Shown here: positions 24,659-36,102 of the stretch, in pieces
How positions within the stretch are numbered: the first letter of the stretch is position 1
Layout of the letters: every line of letters starts with the position of its first letter
NCBI GenBank assembly: GCA_964016885.1
Contig: OZ024743.1
Span: forward strand, 10,478,001-10,542,000
From: Eledone cirrhosa
Taxonomy: Eukaryota
Direction of reading: 5' to 3'
Length of the DNA stretch: 64,000 nucleotides
Translations under genes and position numbers: made by a program
Notes under the pieces: generated by a model
What the model was told of the DNA's origin: nothing
The model's database searches: none
The model's input: the letters and a program-made list of their open reading frames with translations, nothing else

Positions 24659-27600
24659 AATTTTCTGGGTGGGAAATGACGATGGGATGGGTGGTGTAGG
24701 TATACTATTAGCTGACAAGTGGGTAGATAAAGTAATCTCAGTGTACAGGGTAAATGCAAGAATCATTAAACTCAGACTAGTCCTGAATAAGACAATTACC
24801 ACAATAATATCAGCTTACGCACCCCAATCGGGGCTGCCAGACGAACTTAAGGATAGGTTTTACGAGTCCCTAATACACACTACTGCTCTAACAGACGACA
24901 AGGACTTCCTAATCATTGCAGGAGATTTTAACGGACACGTAGGTAAACACTGCGACGGCTTCAATAGAGTACATGGAGGCCATGGAGTTGGCACAAGGAA
25001 TGAGGAAGGATTCAGACTTCTAGAATTCTGCGACGCCAATGACATGTCGATATGTAACACAAACTTTAAAAAACCCGACAACCACCTGATCACCTATAGA
25101 TCAGGGGAGCACTCTAGTCAGTTAGATTTTATCCTCATCAGAGGACGTGACAGATGGACGGTCGTAAACACAAAAGCCTTCCCTAGTGAGGAATGTACAT
25201 CCCAACATAGCTTAGTTGTCAGCGACCTCACGGTCAGAACTAGACGAGCCCTGAAACAGAGGCCAACCTGGAGAAGAAAGATCTGGAAGCTGAAAGTCCC
25301 CTCAACCAGTAACAGATTTAAAGATATTTTACTCAACGCCTACGACAGTAAAGAAGAACAGATAGAGACATTTAACGTAGAAGAGAACTGGGAGTTCCTA
25401 AAAAATAACTTACTAGAGGCGACGGATGAGGTTTGTGGCTGGAGTAAGACCTCAAGCAGGAGGAGAGTGACTTGGTGGTGGAACAATAAGGTAGATGAAG
25501 CAGTCAAGGCCAAGAGACAGGCATGGAAAGAATGGAAGAACGGGGGGAGCAGGGTACATTACATAGAGACCAAGAGGGAAGCTAGGCGACAAGTATACTT
25601 AGCTAGGAGGGAAGCAGAGGATAGAAAATTCAAGCATGTTTTACAACGTGAGGACCAGAAACAGGAGGTATTCAAGATTGCGAGGCAGTGTGTCAGAGAT
25701 AGTTGTGATGTCATTGGAGAGAAGTGTATCCGGAATGATAAAGGTGAGCTTGCCCTCACAAGTGCTGAGAAGAAAGATGCATGGAAGAGTCATTATGATA
25801 GATTACTAAATGAGGAGAATGCATGGGAAGAAGAGACCCTACCCCACGTAGACCCTATAGAGGGACCAGCAGTACAAGTCAGCGGCAGCGTAGTAAGTAA
25901 GGCAATCAGAGATATGAAGATAGGGAAGGCAACCGGTCCATCGGGTATAGCTGCCGAGATGCTGAAGGCATCTGGGTCTGTAGGTCACACTATAACCACA
26001 CGTATCGTTAACCAGGTAATACTAGAGGGGGCCATACCAAAAGATTGGTGCAGTAGCATCATTGTCAACTGCTACAAAGGTAAAGGCGATGCACTAGATA
26101 GAGGAAACTATAGAGGTATAAAGTTGATGGACCAGGTCATGAAAGTAACAGAAAGAGTTATAGCACAGCTGATTAGGGACCGGGTGAATATAGACGAGAT
26201 GCAATTTGGGTTTGTTCCAGGGAAAGGCACCACTGATGCGCTCTTCCTTGTGAGGCAATTACAGGAAAAGTACCTAGCTAAAAGTAAGCCACTCTACTTG
26301 GCATTTGTCGACCTTGAGAAAGCCTTTGACAGAGTTCCACGTGCAGTAATCTGGTGGGCTCTTAGAAAACTAGGAGTAGATGAATGGCTTGTGAAAGCGG
26401 TACAAGCCATGTATAGGGGAGCAGTCAGCAAAGTTAGGATTGGCAATGAGTATAGCGAGGAATTTAGCGTACAGGTTGGGGTCCACCAGGGCTCTGTTCT
26501 TAGCCCTCTCCTGTTCATCATAGTCCTGCAGGCAATAACGGAGGAGTTTAAGACCGGATGCCCATGGGAACTCCTGTATGCTGATGACCTCGCACTCATA
26601 GCTGAATCTATGGTAGAACTAGAGAATAAATTCCAAACCTGGAAGCAGGGACTAGAGAGAAAGGGCCTCAAAGTCAACATGACAAAGACTAAGGTCCTTA
26701 TAAGTAGACGAGAAAACAGAACCCAGATCCCCTCAGGGAAATGGCCTTGCTCAGTATGTAGGAAAGGTGTAGGTAGGAACTCCATTCTTTGCCCCAAATG
26801 CAAACAATGGGTACACAAGAGATGTAGCGGGATCTCAGGAAGCTTAATTAAGAATGTAGGATTCACATGCAGCAGCTGTGCTGAAACAGCAAGCAAACAG
26901 CCACAGGAAACAAGTACCACCAATCTCTGGGAGGGCCCTGTAGAAACAGTAGACAGCTTCTGCTACCTAGGTGACCGAATTAGCAACGGAGGTGGGTGCT
27001 CAGAAAGTACAATAACTAGGGTAAGAACGGGATGGAAGAAGTTTAGGGAACTACTACCACTGCTAGCTGCAAAAGGCTTCTCCCTCAGAATGAAAGGCAG
27101 ACTGTATGATGCGTGTATCCGAACAGCGATGTTGCATGGTAGTGAGACCTGGGCGCTGAAGGTGGAAGACTTACGTAGATTAGAGAGAAACGAAGCCTGC
27201 ATGCTCCGATGGATGTGTAACAGTAATATACGTGAACGACAAAGCATAAATGAATTGAGAGAGAGACTGAGCATAAGAGGAATCAAATGCTGCGTGCAGG
27301 AGAGGCGGTTACGCTGGTATGGACATGTGATGCGTATGAAGGATGACAGCTGCATAAAAAGGTGCAGAGCACTAGAAGTTGATGGAAACCGCGGAGTGGG
27401 GAGACCCAAGATGACTTGGGATGAGGTGATAAAAGCCGACCTTACCCAACTACACCTCTCAAAGTCAATGACACACGACCGTGACTTCTGGCGTCACGCA
27501 GTAATACAGGGTACCCGACCTCCCATGGGTACATGCTGAAGCATATAAACAATATGCCCCCCCCCCCCACCGCAAGGTGGTCGTGGAGGTGCCACGGCAA

Positions 27601-27842
27601 AAAAGCACCCAGCCCACACTGTAAAGTGGACGTGTAGGCGCCACGAAAAAGCACCCAGCACTCACTGTAAATGAGGTTGGTGTTAGGAAGGGCATCCAGC
27701 TGTAGAAATCAAGCCAGATCAGTTCCTGTATGAGCAAGGCATGGTCAGCCGACCAGACACTGCCCACAACAGGACAACCCGTCTAACCCATGCTAGCGTG
27801 GAAGAACGGACGTAAAACGGTGATGATGATGATGATGATGAT
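24659..27842 (+). mobile_element. RTE family B, 5'-truncated within the endonuclease, otherwise intact
   Basis: Near-identical to 47170-50339. Starts in (TA)n and ends in a (GAT)n tail. Confidence 0.97.
24660..27539 (+). CDS. RTE APE-RT(PHD) ORF with the N-terminus missing; the start of the 995-aa call is read-through of TA repeat
   Basis: Open frame from FWVGNDDG to RPPMGTC*, with all RT motifs intact. Confidence 0.85.
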   Translation: MFWVGNDDGMGGVGILLADKWVDKVISVYRVNARIIKLRLVLNKTITTIISAYAPQSGLPDELKDRFYESLIHTTALTDDKDFLIIAGDFNGHVGKHCDGFNRVHGGHGVGTRNEEGFRLLEFCDANDMSICNTNFKKPDNHLITYRSGEHSSQLDFILIRGRDRWTVVNTKAFPSEECTSQHSLVVSDLTVRTRRALKQRPTWRRKIWKLKVPSTSNRFKDILLNAYDSKEEQIETFNVEENWEFLKNNLLEATDEVCGWSKTSSRRRVTWWWNNKVDEAVKAKRQAWKEWKNGGSRVHYIETKREARRQVYLARREAEDRKFKHVLQREDQKQEVFKIARQCVRDSCDVIGEKCIRNDKGELALTSAEKKDAWKSHYDRLLNEENAWEEETLPHVDPIEGPAVQVSGSVVSKAIRDMKIGKATGPSGIAAEMLKASGSVGHTITTRIVNQVILEGAIPKDWCSSIIVNCYKGKGDALDRGNYRGIKLMDQVMKVTERVIAQLIRDRVNIDEMQFGFVPGKGTTDALFLVRQLQEKYLAKSKPLYLAFVDLEKAFDRVPRAVIWWALRKLGVDEWLVKAVQAMYRGAVSKVRIGNEYSEEFSVQVGVHQGSVLSPLLFIIVLQAITEEFKTGCPWELLYADDLALIAESMVELENKFQTWKQGLERKGLKVNMTKTKVLISRRENRTQIPSGKWPCSVCRKGVGRNSILCPKCKQWVHKRCSGISGSLIKNVGFTCSSCAETASKQPQETSTTNLWEGPVETVDSFCYLGDRISNGGGCSESTITRVRTGWKKFRELLPLLAAKGFSLRMKGRLYDACIRTAMLHGSETWALKVEDLRRLERNEACMLRWMCNSNIRERQSINELRERLSIRGIKCCVQERRLRWYGHVMRMKDDSCIKRCRALEVDGNRGVGRPKMTWDEVIKADLTQLHLSKSMTHDRDFWRHAVIQGTRPPMGTC

Positions 27843-27874
27843 AATATTTATATGTATATATATATATATATACA

Positions 27875-28015
27875 TACAAGGTGGTATCAAAACATTTCGG
27901 GAATAGCTCTGTAGTGCCAACAGATGGCAGCAGAGGGCTACACACAGTGAAAATTAGCTCTAACTGTCATAAGTCAGTGTACCAAGTGACTGTTGTGTTA
28001 ACATTCAATCATGCA
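27875..28015. mobile_element. Possible Tc1/mariner-type terminal fragment
   Basis: TA-caaggtggtatcaaaacatttcggga resembles mariner TIRs. No matching right end was found. Confidence 0.3.
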
Positions 28016-28101
28016 TGTGGGGTGGGGTGGGGGTGCAAGTTTTAGTCTTCTTTCTTTTGAGTTTCTAGTGTGTAATCACAGGGTCATCAGAGACAAGATT
28101 A

Positions 28102-28358
28102 TATTTTCAGACGATGAGAGAATATTATTATTATCATCATCATCATTATTATTACCAACAGCAGACAAGATAGAAAAAATAAATCAAAATTAATTTATAT
28201 TTACTAGTCAAAGCTTTCAGCACACATTCTGTGATCTTCTCAGTGACTTTTCTGAGTCTCTTCTTCACTTTAATTTTGATTTATTTTCTCTATCTTGTCT
28301 GCTGTTGGTAATAATAATGATGATGATAATAATACTATTCTCTCCATCGTCTAAAAAT
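28102..28358. repeat. Inverted repeat with ~90-bp arms and ~75-bp spacer
   Basis: agacgatg..accaacagcagacaagatagaaaaaataaatcaaaattaa pairs with ttaattttgatttattttctctatcttgtctgctgttggt..catcgtct. Confidence 0.85.
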
Positions 28359-28411
28359 TGACTGTTTCAACACACAATTTCAAATCAAGAACCTTGCAAA
28401 AATAATACCAA

Positions 28412-28445
<34 letters not shown>

Positions 28446-28450
<5 letters not shown>

Positions 28451-28808
28451 AGTATGCATGTATACGTACATACATATATGTATACAGACGTACAGTAGCA
28501 TGCACATATATATATATATATACATATATATATACATATGCATACAGGTACACATACATATATGCACGTATCAGTTTAGCGGCGCTTATTATAACGTCGC
28601 TTTGTTCGTTTGTAAACAAACTGAACAGCCTGAATTTATGCCATATGGTGTTAAGGCCGCTAATAAGCGCCGCTAAACTGATACGTGCATATATGTATGT
28701 GAACCTGTATGCATATGTATATATATATGTATATATATATATATATATGTGCATGCTACTGTACGTCTGTATACATATATGTATGTACGTATACATGCAT
28801 ACTTACAT
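28446..28808. repeat. Near-perfect foldback element with ~146-bp arms and 69-bp spacer
   Basis: 28446-28591 is the reverse complement of 28661-28808 with very few mismatches. Confidence 0.92.
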
Positions 28809-28862
28809 TTAAGTAAGTGCCATACTAAGAGTGAGAAATGAAATTTCGTTTTCATTTTGTTT

Positions 28863-28941
<79 letters not shown>

Positions 28942-28953
28942 CATCTATGTATG

Positions 28954-29010
<57 letters not shown>

Positions 29011-29784
29011 TTTACTGTGGTCACAATGATGATGATATACATATATATAATTTAGGGTGTCACACCTGAATAAACTTAATGAAAATTTGATACCTTGTCC
29101 ATACTTATTATATATACACCCATTTCCCATTATATAAAGCCTACTCCTAATGAGTTTTCAAAGATAAGGGTAAAATGTTTTGTTCCATGCACCTATTAAC
29201 ACAAAACTCTGATGTATAATTATTTTACTTGTTAAGCTCCATTAAATTAGTCAATTGATCGTGTGTATCAAATAATTTAAAAATTGTTTCCAGGTAATTT
29301 AATTTAAAACTAAATTTATGTTACTACAAAATCATATTATTAATTTTCGAATTATTATTAAGTAAAATCTATATTTATTTTGTGAATTAGAAGTGTTTCA
29401 CTTTTGTTGTGCTAGCGTGTTTCATACTGCAGCATTTGTGTAGGCCTTTATTTTGTTCTTGTTATTTTTGTTTCTTCCTTCCAAAAGTCTGTTGTTTTTA
29501 ATGTTTGTAATGGATATCTACATTATTTTGAATTATTCCACTATTATGTACTGAGAATATCTAGTAAGCAATATGTGAGTAGGAAAAGTGTAGATGGCCC
29601 AGTTAAGAGGGCTTGAAAAGCAATTACATTAGAAATTACACTGGAAATAATATTAAAGAAACATGAACATGATGAATAAATGAGCCAATCATTACAATAT
29701 TTATTTTTCCATTGTTTACATTATTAAAAAATAAAATTGATGAACTTACATAAAGTGCTAAACCATTTTAAGTGCTAAAATAAT

Positions 29785-29995
29785 TGTTTCTGATTTAGGT
29801 ACAAGACCAGCAATTTGTGTGGTGGTGGGGAGCCATTTATATTGACTCTGGTGTGTGACTAGGATTTTATTTTATCAATCTCAGAAGGTTTAAAGGCAAA
29901 GTTGACTTCAGCTGGATTTGAACTCAGAATGTAAAAAGTAGGATGAAATGTTACACAGCATTTTAACCAATGCTCTAAAAAAATTCCAATTCACC
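29785..29995 (-). mobile_element. Decayed Nin/Deu-domain SINE
   Basis: aaaggcaaagttgacttcagctggatttgaactcaga matches 6176-6211. Confidence 0.75.
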
Positions 29996-30666
29996 ATACT
30001 TTTAAGTGCTAAAATAACAAAGTATTAAGCTAGTGTAATGTAAGACATGCTTGTTAATTTGTTAACATTATGGTCATGATTAATGACTACCCAATGTTTC
30101 CATTCAAGACCAAAAGAAAACAACGTGAAGAGAATATTGGACCTAGACTTATAGTGATGCAGCCTCAGAATTTATAGCTAGAAGGGATTGGCTTAATCAT
30201 CTTGTTAAAAATGGAGGATGAGACAGTGAGTGTAGAGAAACAGGTGATTGCCAAGTACCTGATTATTCCAAGAGAAATTATATCCATAAGTTGGGATACT
30301 TCCATCCCAGCTTTCAGTGTAGACAAAAAGAACCTGCCATGTATTGAACTCGTATTGAATAGTATCTTGCAAGTGCTGTGTAGTTGTTTAATTATTTAAT
30401 GACAGCCAATCATATCACAATCACATGTTTCAAGTTTGCTCTGCTTTTTGCCCTGATATTATGTTTCAGCTAAACAGAGGAACATAATTCTATTCAACAG
30501 GTTCGAAGTATAGTTTCATGGTTTGAGGAGTACACAATTCTTTGTTGCCACGGAATTACATTGTGTTATTATCATTATATACTCATTTCAGTTCAAACTT
30601 CCAACAGTTCTGCAGTTTATTGTGCTTCATTGTGTCGAAATAGAAATTTATAAATTACTGTTCCTT

Positions 30667-31197
30667 ATAAAAAAGTGCAGGGTGATCAAAATTGATGGAA
30701 GTTATGGAGTAGGTAGACCCAGAAAAACTTGGGACGATTTGATAAATTCCGACCTTACACACTTGCACCTCTCTAAGACAATGTCACTGGACTGAGATCT
30801 TTGGCGCTACGCAGTAATACAGAAGACCCACCTTGCCTATGTACAAAGCGAAACCTACAGTCAGTACACCCCAATCCACTACCCCTACCCTATCCTCCCT
30901 CTCCCACTAACACCACCCTCTCTCTGTAAAGTTGGTACCACAACATTCAGTCCAAATAAATGAGATAATGAGATCGAGATCGTGTAGGTGTCACAACAAA
31001 AAAAAACACAGTCCACGCTGTAATGTGGCCATGTAAGTAACACTGTAAATGTGATTGGTGTTAGGAAGGGCATCCAGCCATAGAAAACCTGCCAGATAGT
31101 CCTCTATGAGCGAGACACGGTCACCCGACCAACCTTGCCTCAAGTGGGACAACTCCCGTCAAACCCATGCTAGAGGATGATGAGGATGATGATGATG
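30667..31197 (+). mobile_element. Older RTE A-related 3' fragment
   Basis: [29 protein letters not shown] followed by a variant 3' UTR. Confidence 0.88.
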
Positions 31198-34100
31198 TTC
31201 AATTACCCATGCACATAAAGAAATAAACAAAACATGGCAGAACACTCTTTTAATAGATAACCAAAGTCAGCCCCAGGACATAAATCCTCTAAACATATGC
31301 TCTCATTACCTCTTTATAGTAATGCTAAAAATAATATAAAGTTGAGTCCACTGTTGTCTAAATAATCAGAAGTCTCTAGGTCTCTTAAGTGGTTTAGAAA
31401 TGTGAATCTTCTAGTCATTTGGTGATCCAATAAGATAGCTTCAAAGACTGATTCTCTTTGTATATGTGTCCTAAAATAGAGAGATTTTATGACAAGATAA
31501 ATTTCCTATTAAATGTTTTATTTTTTAATAACATACTTGGCTTTCTCATCAACTTATCTGATTTTAGTGACTGAGTTTAGGTGAAGTTTTTGCCTAAAAA
31601 TACAACTTCATTCATCCAACTCATAGACGAGAGAAAAATGGCTGCTTTTAAAGCGCTTTCCTTCTAACATACCTGCAGACATATTATGCATTTAGTATTT
31701 AATGACAAAAGCCTAAAAGTTCAAAATTTCTGGAAGAAGTTCCACAATAATAATATCTGAAATATTTTTAATAACAGTCCAAATTTTAATGAAGATGTAT
31801 CTATGAAGTTTCAGCTTCTGTTAAATATTATATTAGTGAATACTTTTTACTCGTGTTTGTAGGCATTAATGTACATTCACTCATTTATTATATATATATA
31901 TATATGTGTGTTGTGTGTTTATGTATAAGGAGGGAAGGAGAGAAACACAGATGATGGAAGATAATATAAATTATTTAGCACCTTATAGATAAATGGAATT
32001 AATTAAAATAGTGTTACATGCATGTTATAATTATATTCTTTTATAAAATCAACCCATATACCAGATAGAATCTTACATAATTTTCATCATATGACAAATG
32101 CCATATCTGCACTAGCAGATAATTTATTCTGAATATTGATTGGTGTGTCAATAGACTGACAGTGACAATATGTGTTGTTCTGACTGCACCAAAATTGATG
32201 AGAGACATGAGTAAGTTGAAATTGATATGGATGTATGTCTGTCTAAGCACATCTGTGTGTCTCCATGGGTTTGTGTGTACTCAGAAACACTTTGTTACCT
32301 GCTATTTATGTCAACCACAATTTGTCAGTGTATAAAGATTATTCTCCAGAAAATCATTTATTTCAGGTGTCCATGATGAATAAAAAGCTACAAGCACTTT
32401 CAAACATAGAAGTAATTTTTACAAAACTGTCATTTTATATTATCAAAGATATTCCCTGCCAATTACAAAAATAATAATTTCAAATATCAGCTTTTCTCAT
32501 TATGATAAAGAATTTGATTTGTGTAAGTTTATTGTACTACAAGCAAGGAGACACTTAATTTTTTTTAAAATTAAGAATCAATAATTATGTTTAATGAATA
32601 ATTAACTATGACAATTATCATAAAACAGAGATAAGGTAATGCATAGCTAAGTGTACTGCAACACAATTGTGATGGTCTATTGCAGTAATTTCTCTTCTAT
32701 CATTATAAATGAGGTCTGCAGGTAGCCAAGTTGATAGGGCTTTGGAAAATCAGCTAGTTAAGGTATTACTGATTCATATTCTTATAACTGTTTCTATACT
32801 ATGTGTTTGCTAAAAATAGTTAACTCCTATTGGCTCTATTCATTTGGAAGCAAGTAAGTACTAGGAAGTAGAATGGTAAATCAGTGAAAGCAATGCAACA
32901 ATTTAGAATCATAAATGTGTCAGTGATCATTAATTATTTCCATGTGAGTTAGTGTCACTAGTGGAATGGACCTCCTGTTTAGATGATGAGTGTTCCAGTT
33001 GCTCATGGAATAAATGTGTGCATGACTGTGCATTATACTTGTACATATATATACACTTAATATAATTCTCAAGGATTCAGTATGACAAGACTGGCTCTTT
33101 GAATTACAAGTCCAGTCCCTCTGAAGAGCTGTCAGTTTCTGTTTATCCAATTTTATTCACAGGGCATGGCTCAACCCAAGAATATGGTAAATGACATTTG
33201 CCCTTGTTGCACAGTGAGATCAAACCCAGGAGTTAATGTTTGTGAAGCAAACTCCTTAATCATTTGCCCATGCTGCATACACTGAAGTTATAGTAGATCT
33301 AAGTAGATTGCTTTCTGTCATGACCATCATAGAAAAAAGTTGAAAATAAGTGTCATATTTACAATGCTTTGTAAGAGAAATATTAAAGCCTTGAAAAGCT
33401 TTAGGTTGCTTTGAAGAGCAGAATTTTATCTTTGGTCCCATGAAAAAGAAATATATCTTCCCTGGATAGAACATTAACATTTTATGGACATAAGCTATCT
33501 ATTTCTGACAGTGATGCAAATCGTCTTACCTAAGTGCAATGCCAAAATGAACAATAATGCTTGTACTAGCTTTGAACTCAAGACCTCTAAGCTCACTCTT
33601 ATCTCTTGTACCCTAATGCTCTTAAAACAGAAAGGAATATCGTACAATCCCATTAGTATGTGTTTTTATATTTGACATGAAATGGTGATGTAAAAGAAAT
33701 AAATTAATAAATCAAGCTATGTTTTCATATAAATCCTTTTTGAACATGATTCTAAAGAAACTACATCAGTTGAAAAACAGACCCATCAATGATAGTTGTA
33801 AAACATGTGTCTTTGATCAAATAATTCTTTTGGACTGTTATACTCTTGTTTTGCAATGACCTGACCTTAAAAACATGTTACTGAAAAACATTTGATACTT
33901 AAAGTTGATCTGCTTGGATACACTGAGAAATGGTACTTTATAAACAAGAAGTATAAGGATAAATGTTTAAAGGAAATATGTTGAATAGCAAGGACAGTTC
34001 ATCAAAGAAAACATAACTTTGATACCATACACTTTTATTCATTAGTTGTGATAAGTTTTCATTAACTAGAATAAGAAAGTGAAAAATGTTTTTTAATGTA

Positions 34101-34521
34101 AACAGTCAGCTGAATGAAGATTGCCTTGATTGATATAACAACTTTATGTTCTCAGTAGTTATGAACATATTTCATTAACTACTATAATAATGACAACAAC
34201 GATGATAGTGATGACAATTTTGAGGATGATAAGAAAAATAATATAGTTTTCATAGAGCTAACAAGTTACAGACAACAAAAAGCCACTTCAACATCAACAA
34301 ACTAAAGTACCTAATCTTGCCACGTAAATTCAAAAGTAATTCAACTTTTGTTAGCTATCTAGATTTGAATTGCTTATTAAATGTTCATATCTTTAAAATA
34401 GGAACAAAATGTATAAGTCTTCTCAACAATTACTGCTTTGCACACACAAACACATTCTCAGATATACACAGACACATATATAACTATACATATACACACA
34501 TGTATACATAGATACATTCAT

Positions 34522-34668
34522 ATCATCATCGTTTGACGTCTATCTTCCACGCTAGCATGGGTTTAGACGGGAATTGTCCCACTAGAGGCAAGATTGGTCG
34601 GGAGACCGTGTCTCGCTCGTATAGGACTGTCTGGCAGGTTTTCTATGGCTGGATGCCCTTCCTAACAC

Positions 34669-34671
<3 letters not shown>
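34522..34671 (-). mobile_element. RTE A-related 150-bp 3' tip
   Basis: Tail resembles 31060-31170. TA flanks. Confidence 0.88.
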
Positions 34672-34713
<42 letters not shown>

Positions 34714-34756
34714 ATGTATATATATATATATATATATATGTGTATGTATGTATGTA

Positions 34757-35545
34757 GATCCTGAGTTATTTCGTAAGTAACCACAGGTAAAAAGGTACTC
34801 AATACATTAATAGAATATAAAAATCGTTATTGTTATTTAATATAGAAATGGCTTCTATAAGACTAGAACTGTTTTATTCTAATGAAATCATCAAGAATGC
34901 CAGGTGACATAGAAAGTCATTGATACTTATATGTTTCCTAGTGAATGGGGAGCAGATATCAAGTAGTGGGTTAGAGGGAGGTAGAAGAGGAGGAAAGGTG
35001 TGTTGTAAGGAGTGGGGTTAAGAGAATGGGAAGAAAATAAGATAATTTTTTAGGTAGGATAAGAAGAATTTCAAAAGATAGGTTTCTTTATATATATATA
35101 TATCCCTCAGTTTAATATAGAAATGGCTTCCACAGGACTATTTCATTCAAAAGAAATCATCAGGAAAGCAGCTTTCCAATATTAAACCTGATGTCTACAC
35201 CCTACCAATGTATAGAGGACCTTACTAACTGTGGTTACCCCACCCTCGGACTCGTATATATATATATATATATATATAAGTAGAAGGGGTATTTAATTTG
35301 TTGGAAGTCCGACAAATATAAATGTTTATAACTGATTTAGAGCACTCAACTGGTTACTGGAGTAAATATCCAGTGAATTTTCAACTGATAAGGTATGATT
35401 TTCATGGGTATGTCTCTATTTATAAAACAAACTTTGTATTTTATCTGATGAAAGCGTACCAATGTTGTCTTCGTACCCTTGAAATATATATAATAAAATA
35501 AATATGGTTTTATAAATATAGTTTCTATTTATTTAATATCATTGT
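34757..35545. mobile_element. Cluster of Penelope-like terminal-repeat relics separated by (TA)n
   Basis: tttaatatagaaatggcttc..gaaatcatca(a/g)ga is duplicated at ~34836 and ~35111. Degenerate hammerhead cores lie on the minus strand, and an intact one at 35437 on the plus strand. Confidence 0.5.
35437..35500 (+). ncRNA. Minimal type I hammerhead ribozyme motif
   Basis: tattttat-CTGATGA-aagcgtac..gtaccctt-GAAA-tatata-TA-ataaaata. Perfect 8-bp stem I and palindromic stem III. Confidence 0.75.
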
Positions 35546-35624
35546 ATATATATATATATATATATATAACTATATATATATATATATATAACTATATATA
35601 TATATATAACTATATATATATATA

Positions 35625-36099
35625 ACAGTAGGCATCTCTAACAAAATACACCCCCGTCCCACCACCCCCACCCCATCCACACCGCCCCTTTCAATGTAAA
35701 GTTATGTTGGTGCCACAAAATCCAGGCCGAAACAAATGGGATCGTGTAGGTGTCACGACAAAAAAACACACAGTCCACGCTGTAATGTGACCGTGTAGGC
35801 AACACGGTAAAAACCTCCCAGCCCCACACTGTAAATGTGGTTGGTGTTAGGAAGGGCATCCAGCTGTAGAAAACCCGCCAGACAGTCCATGCTGTAATGT
35901 GGCCGTGTAGGCAACACGGTAAAAACCTCCCAGCCCCACACTGTAAATGTGGTTGGTTTTAGGAAGGGCATCCAACTGTAGAAAACCCACCAGACAGTCC
36001 TATGCGAGCAAGACAACCACTCTTGCCTCAAGTGGGAAAACTCCCGTCCAAACCCATGCAAGCGTGGAACATGGACGTTAAACGATGATGATGATGATG
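35625..36099 (+). mobile_element. RTE family A 3' UTR-only copy with a 112-bp internal duplication
   Basis: 35771-35882 is repeated at 35883-35994. (GAT)n tail. Confidence 0.92.
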
Positions 36100-36102
36100 A
36101 AC

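Noticed and set aside
26294-27409. Recurrent antisense ORFs over the RT and the repeated 70-aa [15 protein letters not shown] over 3' UTRs
   Set aside because: They are shadows of repeated element sequence with inconsistent starts and stops between families. There is no independent evidence of coding.
29600-29760. Tigger/pogo-like N-terminal echo (KAITLEITLEIILKKHEH)
   Set aside because: Too short and decayed, and no TIRs were identified.
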